DNA of 64,000 nucleotides from an uncultured virus (IMG/VR IMGVR_UViG_3300008120_000127) (lineage: Duplodnaviria > Heunggongvirae > Uroviricota > Caudoviricetes), in IMG/VR virus record IMGVR_UViG_3300008120_000127. The stretch is one strand, 5' to 3'. Positions within the stretch are counted from its first letter, which is position 1; each line of letters starts with the position of its first letter. Under the pieces are notes generated by a model that saw only the letters and a list, made by a program, of their open reading frames with translations, made no database searches and was not told where the DNA came from. Of this stretch, positions 27,549 through 37,230 are shown one piece after another. A program made the translations under genes and the position numbers.

Positions 27549-28411
27549 TTAGTCTCCATTTTTAACAGATAGTAAAGTTCTTCATACGAGAACTCGTCTT
27601 CCAAAAGGGTTTGTTTAATTTTTTCTCTAACTTTAGACAAATGCTCTCTTACGGTATTTGGATGCTCATTGACAATTTGAGATATTTGGCTAGATCTTTT
27701 TCCATCAATGTATCTCCACTTTAAAAGCTGTCTTTCTTGTATGGATAGCTTATCAAATGGTCCTTCTACTTTCTCTCCCAAAACCCAGAATTCATCTATT
27801 TTATCAGTTGCCATTAGTTTTTCCATGCTGTACTCTATTGGATCAGCCTTAAACCCAACAACATAATCTTCGTCACTTTCATCGTTTGTTGCTTCGTCAT
27901 CAAGGAGTGGGAAAGTCTTTCTGCCAAGTTGATCAATTAAAAATGTATCCACATTTTTCTTTAGAAGATAAAAAAAGTAACTATATAAAAATCCACTAAA
28001 CGGTATCGGCCCCTTTGCTGAATCCTTTCTTTCGTACCTGCCTAGGCATTGGAAGAACGTCATGTAAACTGTCTGCCGAATATCTTCTTCATCGCCATAT
28101 CTTTTAGTCATATAATGAATGCCCCGCATTGTTTCATTTACGACTTTTAGATTATTGCCCTTTATTTTATTTTTCATCAAAGCGAATCGGGTAGAAGGAT
28201 CTTTTATGAATAAAGATATAAACCTTCTAATGTCATAATCATTTAAATTAAACTTACAGTGATACAGTAACGAAATATATTTCGTTAAAAAGTTACTAAA
28301 GACTTGTAGCAGTTCTGCTTGAGCTTTTTGCGAACCCCTTTTGCTATCTGCTATTAGTTTTTGCATCTCGTCTTCTGCTAAAGAATAATATTGTTCTTTA
28401 TAACTTGTCAT
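27545..28411 (-). CDS. Phage sigma-70-family sigma factor
   Basis: Region-2-like EEDIRQTVYMTFFQCLGRY...FSGFLYSY; region 4 LSIQERQLLKWRYIDGKRSSQIS...NTVREHLSKV. Confidence 0.8.
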   Translation of the reverse strand: MTSYKEQYYSLAEDEMQKLIADSKRGSQKAQAELLQVFSNFLTKYISLLYHCKFNLNDYDIRRFISLFIKDPSTRFALMKNKIKGNNLKVVNETMRGIHYMTKRYGDEEDIRQTVYMTFFQCLGRYERKDSAKGPIPFSGFLYSYFFYLLKKNVDTFLIDQLGRKTFPLLDDEATNDESDEDYVVGFKADPIEYSMEKLMATDKIDEFWVLGEKVEGPFDKLSIQERQLLKWRYIDGKRSSQISQIVNEHPNTVREHLSKVREKIKQTLLEDEFSYEELYYLLKMETK

Positions 28412-28974
28412 TTTTTTCCTTCCCAGCAAACTATATATTCGCTGTAATAATCTCTAAAATCTTCGTAAAAAATAATATTTGGTACTTCTAAATCTTTCAT
28501 AAAGTTCTTTGCGTCGTTTGAATACTTACTTATGACGCAGGTAAAGTTTTCAAATTCATCTGGATAATATCTCTTAAACCTTTTTAATTTTATCTTACTC
28601 TTATCATCTAGGTATCCTTTTATTTCTACCCAATCGTTATTTCTATTTAAAAGAAAGTCTGGAGTATATCCTTTGGTTCCCCTCTTAATTGGGAAAGAAA
28701 AAACAGTAGGTTCAAATTGAAAATCAATTTTATAGATTCTTAATACTCTAACAAAATTTGCTTCCCAGCTAGAACGGACATTCATGTCTATATCTTTTCT
28801 GTATCCAGTTTTGGTATACTGATACGCGTTTCCTTTTTTCCTGGAAATTACAGCGTCGTTTTCAATTATCTCAGAATCAATAGATTTGTTCCTGATGTTT
28901 TTCAAATTGGGATGTTTTTTAAAAGAAGATTTCTCCAAAAAAAACTCTTCTGGGTTGACAATCTGTATGGTCAT
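28408..28974 (-). CDS. PD-(D/E)XK endonuclease
   Basis: RSSWEAN, FEP, YTPDF and EIKG. Confidence 0.8.
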   Translation of the reverse strand: MTIQIVNPEEFFLEKSSFKKHPNLKNIRNKSIDSEIIENDAVISRKKGNAYQYTKTGYRKDIDMNVRSSWEANFVRVLRIYKIDFQFEPTVFSFPIKRGTKGYTPDFLLNRNNDWVEIKGYLDDKSKIKLKRFKRYYPDEFENFTCVISKYSNDAKNFMKDLEVPNIIFYEDFRDYYSEYIVCWEGKK

Positions 28975-29011
28975 TGTGTATCCTTTATGCATCAAGATAA
29001 TTCATACATAA

Positions 29012-29040
29012 AGTATACACTATCTTGGTAAAAAAATCAA
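29012..29040 (-). promoter_or_regulatory. SigmaA-like promoter TTGATT-N17-TATACT for the nuclease/sigma operon
   Basis: Exact 17-nt spacer; intergenic. Confidence 0.6.
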
Positions 29041-29046
29041 AATAGG

Positions 29047-29075
29047 TTGCAAATCCAAAAGAAAGAGAGTACACT
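29047..29075 (+). promoter_or_regulatory. SigmaA-like promoter TTGCAA-N17-TACACT, leaderless
   Basis: The -10 box ends 7 nt before the ATG at 29083. Confidence 0.65.
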
Positions 29076-29082
29076 GTTCACC

Positions 29083-29259
29083 ATGAACACTTTAAAGACA
29101 ATCATCAACAGCATCAATCAGACGATCAACGAAGAGATCATTGACGACATGACCAAGGTTCTTGGTTTCGACCACCAGTCGGCTGTCAAAATGGTAACTG
29201 AGTTTGAGGATTTCGACCTTTGGCTCTCTGCTGAGGAAAATCCTGTAACAGACTTCTGA
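29083..29259 (+). CDS. Small acidic protein (58 aa), lone plus-strand gene
   Basis: MNTLKTIINSINQ...; has its own promoter and terminator. Confidence 0.7.
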   Translation: MNTLKTIINSINQTINEEIIDDMTKVLGFDHQSAVKMVTEFEDFDLWLSAEENPVTDF

Positions 29260-29275
29260 TTGTTGCTTCAATAAT

Positions 29276-29311
29276 AAAAAAAGGCCGGGGGAAACCCCGG
29301 TCTTTTTTTTT
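29276..29311. terminator. Bidirectional intrinsic terminator
   Basis: A tract, ggccgggg-gaaa-ccccggtc hairpin, then T tract, between convergent genes. Confidence 0.85.
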
Positions 29312-30107
29312 ATCCATTACTCTTTTTGTTCCTAAAAACACCAGTTGGACAAGCCCCACTCTTTGCGTGATCACAGTACGAGCAGATCCGCACATTTGAT
29401 GTTGCGGTAAAGTTTGTATCATTGATAATCTTTGTTATGGAACTTATTAATTTTAACTTTACATTTTCAATATCTTCAGGTGTGAAAAGATGGCCTTTCT
29501 TTTTACCAGATCTTAAGTAGTGCAGCTCGGCGTATATCTCTTTCTCTGGAAAGATATTGTGCATAGCCAGTGCATATATGCCTAGCTGTAAATTATTTGC
29601 AATATCCTTGAGGGTGACTTCCCATTTGCCAGTTTTATAGTCAATAATATTTACCCTATCACCGACAATATCGACCCTATCTATAAAGCCTATTATGCGA
29701 TATGACCCTATAATGAAATCAAATCCTAATTCTTTTTCATAAATATTAAATTTCTTATCAGAATATTCATCATAAAATTCCTGTAGGATAACAGATCCAA
29801 CTGATATTAAATCTTTTGGTATATTATCTTCTGGGTCCCAAATGGGAATATTTTTATTATATTCCTCTTCTAATTCGTTTAGGTCTAGCGTTTTATCATT
29901 ATCTAAAACATTTTCTAGAACAGCGTGAACTATATTGCCCAGTACAGCTGGAGGATTAAATAACCGTGGCTCTTTAGCTATATAAGAATAAAAGTATTTA
30001 GCCGGACACTGTTGATATGTATCTATTCTAGAATAGGAAAAGTCTACCAAAGATAATAGTTCTAGATCTTGTAAATCACTATAACTTTTAATTTTAATTG
30101 AACTCAA
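29310..30107 (-). CDS. Cas4/RecB-like PD-(D/E)XK exonuclease with four Cys
   Basis: FSYSRI..YQQCP, LGNIVH, GFIDRVD, IIDYKTG, QLGIY and CSYC...C. Confidence 0.9.
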   Translation of the reverse strand: MSSIKIKSYSDLQDLELLSLVDFSYSRIDTYQQCPAKYFYSYIAKEPRLFNPPAVLGNIVHAVLENVLDNDKTLDLNELEEEYNKNIPIWDPEDNIPKDLISVGSVILQEFYDEYSDKKFNIYEKELGFDFIIGSYRIIGFIDRVDIVGDRVNIIDYKTGKWEVTLKDIANNLQLGIYALAMHNIFPEKEIYAELHYLRSGKKKGHLFTPEDIENVKLKLISSITKIINDTNFTATSNVRICSYCDHAKSGACPTGVFRNKKSNG

Positions 30108-30120
30108 AAATAACTCCTAA

Positions 30121-30258
30121 TTACTCTTCGTCTGGATCAAATATCAATAATCCATTTTCATCGTATTCTTTTCCATTTTCATCTATTGTGTGTCCATTGT
30201 AAATATTTTTATAGCCACCACTTTTAATAGAAACCCATCCTGATTCACCTATTTCCAT
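30121..30258 (-). CDS. Small hypothetical protein (45 aa)
   Basis: Manual translation MEIGESGWVSIKSGGYKNIYNGHTIDENGKEYDENGLLIFDPDEE. Confidence 0.55.
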   Translation of the reverse strand: MEIGESGWVSIKSGGYKNIYNGHTIDENGKEYDENGLLIFDPDEE

Positions 30259-30271
30259 GTGATCACTTTCT

Positions 30272-30493
30272 TCATAGGGCCACATTTTCACCTCCTATAG
30301 AAACAGAAACTTCGGTAATGTCATCTGCATTTAGATAGTAATGAACAACAGTTAATAAATCTTTTAGATCATTCTTCGTAAGATAGAAACCAACACACGT
30401 ACATTGAATAAAGAGCTTGTCTTCATATCCGTACGTTGGATCACTATATTCCGTTAGCTTTATGTTTCCCTTTTGAACAATTGCTGGTATCAT
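30272..30493 (-). CDS. Hypothetical protein
   Basis: ORF track; GAGGAG SD. Confidence 0.65.
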   Translation of the reverse strand: MIPAIVQKGNIKLTEYSDPTYGYEDKLFIQCTCVGFYLTKNDLKDLLTVVHYYLNADDITEVSVSIGGENVAL

Positions 30494-30496
30494 TTT

Positions 30497-30862
30497 TTAC
30501 TCCTCGTAAATAGTTACTGGATTCCAATTTGGATCATCCAATTTTTCTCGCATATCGTTTACGTAAGAATCCCAATCTCTTTCATCTTCCGTTTTCTTTT
30601 CATATCTAACCTGACCCTTAAAAGGGTTTGATTTAAATCTTGTAAGAATTAATTTTCCTTGTTTTGTTTTCCATCTTAAAACGCCGTTTTTACAATCGCA
30701 AAAATCTTCGTTATCAACAGATATCTTTAGGTCTGGATCATATCTTCCACTGCATCCATTGCAGCGTGTATATCTACCCTTGTCCTGGCATCTATTGCAG
30801 GAGGGACAGAACGACCAGCACCATTTTTCAACTGGATTTATTGTTGGCCCAATACTAGACAT
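30497..30862 (-). CDS. Cys-rich (Zn-binding) hypothetical protein
   Basis: CPSCNRC, CNGC and CDC. Confidence 0.7.
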   Translation of the reverse strand: MSSIGPTINPVEKWCWSFCPSCNRCQDKGRYTRCNGCSGRYDPDLKISVDNEDFCDCKNGVLRWKTKQGKLILTRFKSNPFKGQVRYEKKTEDERDWDSYVNDMREKLDDPNWNPVTIYEE

Positions 30863-33800
30863 TTTCTTTCTCCATTCTAATAATATTTTCTATAACAGAT
30901 TGAACTTTTGATGATGTATTATTCTTAAATTTAAATATATATTTGTGATTACCATTAGTCATTTGCATGAATACTGGTTTATCACCTTTTGTTGATTCAA
31001 TTATACCATATATTTTTTCAATTAATGATGGAGAAAAGTTTTCATCTATCTCTAATATTATTGCCTTACCGCTGGAGAATATTTTTGAATCAACTTTTTC
31101 AGAAGAGTTATAATATAACTTAACTATTGAATTTTCTTCGTCGCCCTCTTTATTTACTGAACCATTAACTATTAATATGTCACCTTTAGAGAAAGGTGTT
31201 TCACCCAAATTTTTTAATGACTTTGGGAATACAATAATTTCAATATCAGAAGATATATCTTCCAATATTAACTTATACATTTTCATTCCCTTTTTTGTCA
31301 CCATGGGTTTTACATCGCTTAATATTCCACCAATTTTTACTTGAGTATTATTAGATAGTTCTGATAAGTCAAATATTTCATAATCAATTTTTTTAGATAA
31401 AATGTCCCATATTCCATTAACAGGATGGTCGGTAACATATATCCCTAATTCTTCTTTTTCTATCTCAAGAAGTTTGATTTCTTGAATTCTATTTAACTCG
31501 TTATCCTCTATATTAAATAATTCATCAAGTGCACCAGCTTTAGCTAAATGTTCCAATGTGCTCTTTTTCAAAAGAGTTGCCCCACATCTTCTGAAAAAAT
31601 CATGCATGTTTGTGTATGGCTTTGACTGATCCCTAATTGAAACTATATTTTCTGCTATAGAGTTACCGATTCCGTTAATTGCAGATAAGCCAAAAATAAT
31701 AGAATTGGAATCTAATACCTCAAAGTCTATGCCAGAGTAATTTATTGACGGCGGCATAACGTTAACGCCTAATTTTCTACAGTCTGCCAAATATAATGAT
31801 TGCTTGTCCTTGTTCCCTACAACAGAAGACATCAAAGCTGCCATATATTCCACTGTATAATTTGTTTTTAGATATGCAGTAATATAGCTAATCATTGCAT
31901 AGCTCGCTGCGTGCGCTCTGTTGAAACCATAGCCACCAAAATATTCTATGTCGGAAAATATTTTATTAGCTAAAGTATCGCTTATTCCTGAATTTTTGAT
32001 GCAGTCTTGAACAAATTTTGATCGCATATTAGCTATTTTGTCCATAAGCTTTTTTCCGATGACTTTTCTTAGATCATCAGCTTCAGCGGATGTAAAACCC
32101 GCTAGCTCTCTAGCAACTCCAAGAACATCTTCCTGGTATAACATAATGCCAAGAGATGGGCCCAATACCTTTTCTAACTTAGGATGCTCGTATTTAACCT
32201 TACTGCGACCATGCTTGCGGTCAATATACTCCCTATCCATTCCAGAGCCCATTGGGCCCGGACGATAAAGAGAAATTAGGGCCATTATGTCTTCTATGTT
32301 TTTAGGCTGAAGCTGCATCATTAGTTGACGCATTCCTGAAGATTCCAGCTGGAAAACTCCGATGCAATTACCACGACATAACTGCTCATAAGTATTATGG
32401 TCATCAAGTGGTATTTGATCTATGTCTATATCTATATCGTGATGTTTTTTTATTAACTTCACACATGAATCTATAATGCCAAGATTTCTTAGGCCCAAGA
32501 AGTCAATCTTTAACAGGCCGCATTGCTCCACTCTACCCATGTCCCATTGTGTCACCATGGGGCTATTAGCGCCCTTTTGCATAATAGGCAAGTATTCCGT
32601 TAGCGCATCTCTTGATATAACAATACCAGCTGCGTGCATGCCCGTTTGTCGAACTAGGCCCTCTAAACCAAAGGCAGCATCCACTATGCTTTTTGCGTCA
32701 GTATCTTTTTCATACAGCTGTTTAAAATCTTGAACTTCCATGCACTCAGAAAGATTCTTGGAAACGCCAAGAACTGGAGGAGGAACAAGTTTCGCAACTG
32801 CATCGCCTGCAGAAAAATCATATCCTAAGGCTCTTGCTGCGTCTCTAATTGACTGTCTAGCCCCTGTTCTGTTGAATGTGCAGATATGCGCTACATGATC
32901 AGATCCATACTTAGTTCTAGCGTAATTGATAACTTCATCACGATACCTATCGTCAAAGTCTAGGTCAATGTCGGGCATTGACTTTCTACCCTCAACGAGG
33001 AATCGTTCAAACATCAATCCAAACTTGATAGGGTCTAAATTAGTAATTTTGAATGCGTAGGATAGAATACTTCCAGCTGCAGATCCTCTTCCCCAGCCAA
33101 CTCTTACATTATTATTTTTAGCCCAATTAACAAGATCTGAAACTACAAGAAAGTATTCAGTGAATCCCATTTCTTTTACAACACGAATTTCGTGATTTGC
33201 TCTATCAATAATATGCTGAGGAAGTGGATCCCCATATCTTTCACGCAAGCCAGTCCAAGCTAATCTATCAAAGTATTCTACAGAAGTTTCAAGAGTTGGT
33301 ATAGGGAAATCAGGAAAGTGGATATCCCCAAAGGTTAAGTTTAAATCAACCATGTCACAAACATCCATACTGTTTTTTAGCCAGTCTGGATTAAATTTAG
33401 ATGACATTTCATCGTACGACTGTAGATAAAATTCTTCGCCACTAAATGAAAATCTATTAGGTGTATGAATGTTAGCGTTTGTTGCAACGCACAACATGAT
33501 GTCATGCGCTCTAGCATCGCACTTATGGACATAATGGCAGTCACCACTAGGAACAACTTTTGCACCTATAGTTTCTGCAATTTGTACTAATTGATTAAAT
33601 ACTTTTCTTTGTTCACCTAAGCCATGGTCTTGAACTTCTATGAAATAGTTTTCTTTGCCAACTATATCTTGCATCTTTTTAGCAGCAGCGAGTGCAAAGT
33701 TGTAATCATCTCTAAGTAGAGCTTGACAGATTTCGCTATTCAAACATCCAGAGAGTACAATTATTCCTTCCGCATGTTCAGAAATTAAATCATGGTCAAT

Positions 33801-34190
33801 TCTAGGCTTTACGTAATATCCCTCAAGAAAGGACCTAGAAGACATTTTGATAATATTTTTATAACCTATTTTATTTTTAGCTAAAATGGTTATGTGATAT
33901 GGACCTCTCTGTTCCCATTCGTTTTTAGAAGGGCCAGATCTTTCTTCTTCATCTCTATCAAATCTAGATTTTCTAGCTTGATAAAATTCAGAACCGAGAA
34001 TTGGCTTTACCCCTATCGATGTGCCAGCGTCATAAAAGTCTAGCCATGAATGAATGTTTCCATGATCAGTAGTAGCTAAACCTTTCATGCCCAAAGACTT
34101 AGCTCTAGTCAAATATTCTTCTATGTCACCGTGTCCATCTAGCATTGAGAAAACGGTATGGTTATGGAGATTAGTCCAGTTTTTCATCAA
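30855..34190 (-). CDS. dnaE: DNA polymerase III alpha subunit
   Basis: PHP domain HNHT..SMLDG and TDHG; GRGSAAGS, PDIDLDF, YGFNRAHA; C-terminal OB fold. Confidence 0.97.
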   Translation of the reverse strand: MMKNWTNLHNHTVFSMLDGHGDIEEYLTRAKSLGMKGLATTDHGNIHSWLDFYDAGTSIGVKPILGSEFYQARKSRFDRDEEERSGPSKNEWEQRGPYHITILAKNKIGYKNIIKMSSRSFLEGYYVKPRIDHDLISEHAEGIIVLSGCLNSEICQALLRDDYNFALAAAKKMQDIVGKENYFIEVQDHGLGEQRKVFNQLVQIAETIGAKVVPSGDCHYVHKCDARAHDIMLCVATNANIHTPNRFSFSGEEFYLQSYDEMSSKFNPDWLKNSMDVCDMVDLNLTFGDIHFPDFPIPTLETSVEYFDRLAWTGLRERYGDPLPQHIIDRANHEIRVVKEMGFTEYFLVVSDLVNWAKNNNVRVGWGRGSAAGSILSYAFKITNLDPIKFGLMFERFLVEGRKSMPDIDLDFDDRYRDEVINYARTKYGSDHVAHICTFNRTGARQSIRDAARALGYDFSAGDAVAKLVPPPVLGVSKNLSECMEVQDFKQLYEKDTDAKSIVDAAFGLEGLVRQTGMHAAGIVISRDALTEYLPIMQKGANSPMVTQWDMGRVEQCGLLKIDFLGLRNLGIIDSCVKLIKKHHDIDIDIDQIPLDDHNTYEQLCRGNCIGVFQLESSGMRQLMMQLQPKNIEDIMALISLYRPGPMGSGMDREYIDRKHGRSKVKYEHPKLEKVLGPSLGIMLYQEDVLGVARELAGFTSAEADDLRKVIGKKLMDKIANMRSKFVQDCIKNSGISDTLANKIFSDIEYFGGYGFNRAHAASYAMISYITAYLKTNYTVEYMAALMSSVVGNKDKQSLYLADCRKLGVNVMPPSINYSGIDFEVLDSNSIIFGLSAINGIGNSIAENIVSIRDQSKPYTNMHDFFRRCGATLLKKSTLEHLAKAGALDELFNIEDNELNRIQEIKLLEIEKEELGIYVTDHPVNGIWDILSKKIDYEIFDLSELSNNTQVKIGGILSDVKPMVTKKGMKMYKLILEDISSDIEIIVFPKSLKNLGETPFSKGDILIVNGSVNKEGDEENSIVKLYYNSSEKVDSKIFSSGKAIILEIDENFSPSLIEKIYGIIESTKGDKPVFMQMTNGNHKYIFKFKNNTSSKVQSVIENIIRMEKENV

Positions 34191-34393
34191 ATGCCTCTAC
34201 CTCTGTCTGACTCATTTAAAGATTGATCTCTTGTTTCTCTATAGGTAATTATTACAACGCCACCACAGTACTTGCAGGGCACTGCCTTTCCCTCTTGGGC
34301 AAAAGGACTTCTATACATGTAGCTGTCTGGTTGATCTGACTTACACTCAGAACAAACACCAACCACATCATCCGGATCTTTTATATTATCCAT
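34187..34393 (-). CDS. Zn-ribbon protein
   Basis: CSEC...CKYC. Confidence 0.7.
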   Translation of the reverse strand: MDNIKDPDDVVGVCSECKSDQPDSYMYRSPFAQEGKAVPCKYCGGVVIITYRETRDQSLNESDRGRGI

Positions 34394-34395
34394 TT

Positions 34396-35592
34396 TTATT
34401 CACCTCCTTTTTTTATACTTTTATATGCAAAGCGGACTGGAGAAGGTGAAGATTGATCTTGCGTTTCCACGTATTTGTCCCCAACTTTAATCCACTTATT
34501 TCTTTTCTCCAAAGAACATTCTCCACAACCAACACCCACAGCATTAGCTCTTTCGCACGTGTAAGGTCTGCCGCCTATTCCAAGCTGTCTTCTTTTGATC
34601 CAGTCATTTATGTGACTATTAGTTTTCTCAATGTTGTAATCATCGCAATTACTTAATATGCCATGAAGAAACTTTACAGATTCATCGTTATATGTCAGGA
34701 TGGAGCATAGAAATAGTCTTGCTTCATGTTCTAGATATTTTTTTTCTATAGCTTGTTGCCACAGTCTTTTAACGGCATGGCAATTTTCTACTAGACTTTT
34801 AGGGGTGAACTCTTTTTCTGATTCTTGAAATGATTTAAATGCAGACGATCCATGCTTATTGAAGTAACCAATAAAATCTTTAGACTTTTCCTTGTGCACT
34901 TCTAACTCGTACGTAAAACCCCTAAACCACTCATTGGCTTTGGCGCTGAACTGCTGCTCTGGCACTATGTTTTCAGAGGGGCTCTTGCAATAATCTATAA
35001 TTGCTTCTAGGCCGGATTTTAATCTTTCTTCAGAAATTATATTTTTATATAAACCAGTCTCCTGGTGTATACTGCCAGCTAATCTCCACATTCTTCTTGC
35101 GTCATATACGCTAAAATCTAAAGATTCAATGCCTAATTTAGATTTAATATTTTCTGCTATGAATCTAAATATATTTGGTAAGTTGTTTGATGGGTTTATA
35201 CCAAGGGCTATTGCTTCACATTCAATGTGGAAACCCTTTTTCCCTGTAAAGTAAACAACGATAGAATGTTTGGGTATAAAATTAGACAAATATTCATAAA
35301 GCTTTATGCAGTCATTTAAAGACTTTTGTTGATCTTTATTATCAATATCAAAGTAAAGAGAAGCTAATCTAGTAGCAGAATCCAGGCTCTTGTCGTTATA
35401 TCTCCATATTGAAGTGTATAACCCTGTGTTATCGTTTTGTTTTACAAAATTGTCTAACTCCACATCAGTTATTAGAACTGGGAGATCGTTATTCTTAATT
35501 CTAATAACTCTATCTAAATTCTTAACATACTTTGCTATTTCAAAGTATTTCCAGTTAGAAATATATTTAGACTGGTCATCTGGCATCTTCAC
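34396..35592 (-). CDS. Archaeo-eukaryotic primase fused to a PriL-like Fe-S domain
   Basis: AEP motifs YFDID, TGKKGFH and D.SVY...RMWRLAGS.H; C-terminal C...HEARLFL...PYTC...CGEC. Confidence 0.8.
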   Translation of the reverse strand: MKMPDDQSKYISNWKYFEIAKYVKNLDRVIRIKNNDLPVLITDVELDNFVKQNDNTGLYTSIWRYNDKSLDSATRLASLYFDIDNKDQQKSLNDCIKLYEYLSNFIPKHSIVVYFTGKKGFHIECEAIALGINPSNNLPNIFRFIAENIKSKLGIESLDFSVYDARRMWRLAGSIHQETGLYKNIISEERLKSGLEAIIDYCKSPSENIVPEQQFSAKANEWFRGFTYELEVHKEKSKDFIGYFNKHGSSAFKSFQESEKEFTPKSLVENCHAVKRLWQQAIEKKYLEHEARLFLCSILTYNDESVKFLHGILSNCDDYNIEKTNSHINDWIKRRQLGIGGRPYTCERANAVGVGCGECSLEKRNKWIKVGDKYVETQDQSSPSPVRFAYKSIKKGGE

Positions 35593-35771
35593 AGTATCTT
35601 CACCTTGGTATCGCTATAAATATTAATTTTTGCAACAACCTCTTCCGAGATGTTGTCTGCATTCGTTCTGTAATATACTGACTCTTTGATTATATCATCT
35701 AAATGATTTAAAATAAACGTTCTATTTACAATACGCTGATCTTTAGTCAGCTTGCTTTCTCCATTTTTCAT
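35589..35771 (-). CDS. Hypothetical protein
   Basis: ORF track; overlaps its neighbours in operon fashion. Confidence 0.55.
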   Translation of the reverse strand: MKNGESKLTKDQRIVNRTFILNHLDDIIKESVYYRTNADNISEEVVAKINIYSDTKVKIL

Positions 35772-36420
35772 TTATAAGCTCACTATCTTCTATAACTGTA
35801 TGGATCTTACTTGCTATATTATCAGCAATGTGCACAATATAATCTAGGTACGTAATTGGATATGTTTCTGGAACCGGAGACCATGGCCCTAGGTGGCACC
35901 TAACTAGTCTTAGTATCGCCTGTATAGACTCTTCTGCTATAAACAGACTTGTTGACTGGGAATCATTTCCATATTCTTTATCATACATCTGGCAGTTCTG
36001 CACAAATTTAGCCACCGTATAAGGGTGCATTGGGTCATAGTGAAAAGAAGATGGATCATTAAAATCCGGAATACCCTTAGTTACATCATGAAGCAAGCAT
36101 GCAGCTATGATTACATTTCTTTCATCATCTGATAAAGAATAAGAATCAGCTAAAATGCAAGCAACTCTGACTACTCTTTTTGTGTGCAGGACATTGCCAC
36201 CATGACCATGCTCATCTGCTGGATGATACTTTCCAGAAAAACTAGAAGGAATGTCCCAAAAAATTTCTGCTTTCAATAAAACAGACCTAACAAAAGAAAC
36301 TATTGCGTCATCAGTAATTAGATTTATCTCATCTATCAGTTGATTCAATACGTCGTTTTCTGTTTCAAAAACACTTTTTTTATCTTCTTTTAGAATTTCA
36401 TCTAAGAAATTTTTAGCCAT
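35743..36420 (-). CDS. HD-domain phosphohydrolase
   Basis: GKYHP, LHTKRV, LLHDVTK and VHIAD. Confidence 0.85.
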   Translation of the reverse strand: MAKNFLDEILKEDKKSVFETENDVLNQLIDEINLITDDAIVSFVRSVLLKAEIFWDIPSSFSGKYHPADEHGHGGNVLHTKRVVRVACILADSYSLSDDERNVIIAACLLHDVTKGIPDFNDPSSFHYDPMHPYTVAKFVQNCQMYDKEYGNDSQSTSLFIAEESIQAILRLVRCHLGPWSPVPETYPITYLDYIVHIADNIASKIHTVIEDSELINEKWRKQAD

Positions 36421-36441
36421 AATACAATACTCACTTTACCT

Positions 36442-37230
36442 TTACTTTACTTGACTTGGGAAAGACCATTTTGAACAAGGTGTATCAAATGGGCACTTTT
36501 TGCAATAATACGTTAAACCTCTTCTAGGTGCAAAAATATCTTTGTCTTCTATTGTAGCGCACCAATAATTAATTGACTCAATATCCTGTTCAGTTATTTC
36601 GTATTCATTAAATTTTAAATTAGTAGACATTAAATCTACATAACCAAACTTTGTTGATGACAGCTTTTCAGAATGAAGATTTTTAAAAGCTAAATACATT
36701 GAAGAAAAATCAACTTGATAGATCTGCCTATAACTGTTTTTGTAATTAAAAATGAATTTAACAACATAATTTTGTCCAGCATGTCTGTATATTAAATCAA
36801 ATTTATCATGTATTCTCACCGTTTTATCTACAGTCACAACGTATTCATCCCCAATAGAAATTGGAATTGCGTCTAGTTGACTATATGTGTCGTGAAAATT
36901 AAGAAGAGTATTTGCTGCCTGTGTAGTTAAGCTCGACATATTGCCGTATGCACTTTCATGCTGCTCTGTCATTAGATCATAATGGGTTGTATCTTTTGGA
37001 AACCAGATTTTTTCCCATCTATTTAGAAGAGAAGAATAAGAAGGTGTAATCCCCGCTTGTTTTTTAAACCAAAAAAAATTTATTATACTCTTTAAACTAT
37101 TTTCAAACTTCAATGTATAAAGATCTCTAGAGTAAATTGTCTCTGGAAGTTTTTCCTGATACCTATAATCATATAATCTTTCACAAGTTTGAAAGTCTTT
37201 TATTGAATCAGTAGTTAAATCTAACATCAA
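36442..37230 (-). CDS. Second Cas4/RecB-like protein with degenerate catalytic motif
   Basis: DFQTCER...DKFDLI...VVKF...CKKCPFDTPC; lacks D/E-x-K. Confidence 0.65.
   Translation of the reverse strand: MMLDLTTDSIKDFQTCERLYDYRYQEKLPETIYSRDLYTLKFENSLKSIINFFWFKKQAGITPSYSSLLNRWEKIWFPKDTTHYDLMTEQHESAYGNMSSLTTQAANTLLNFHDTYSQLDAIPISIGDEYVVTVDKTVRIHDKFDLIYRHAGQNYVVKFIFNYKNSYRQIYQVDFSSMYLAFKNLHSEKLSSTKFGYVDLMSTNLKFNEYEITEQDIESINYWCATIEDKDIFAPRRGLTYYCKKCPFDTPCSKWSFPSQVK

Noticed and set aside
29310..30107. Cas4-like gene as part of a CRISPR-Cas system
   Set aside because: No array or other cas genes; solo Cas4/RecB-like exonucleases are common in phage replication modules.
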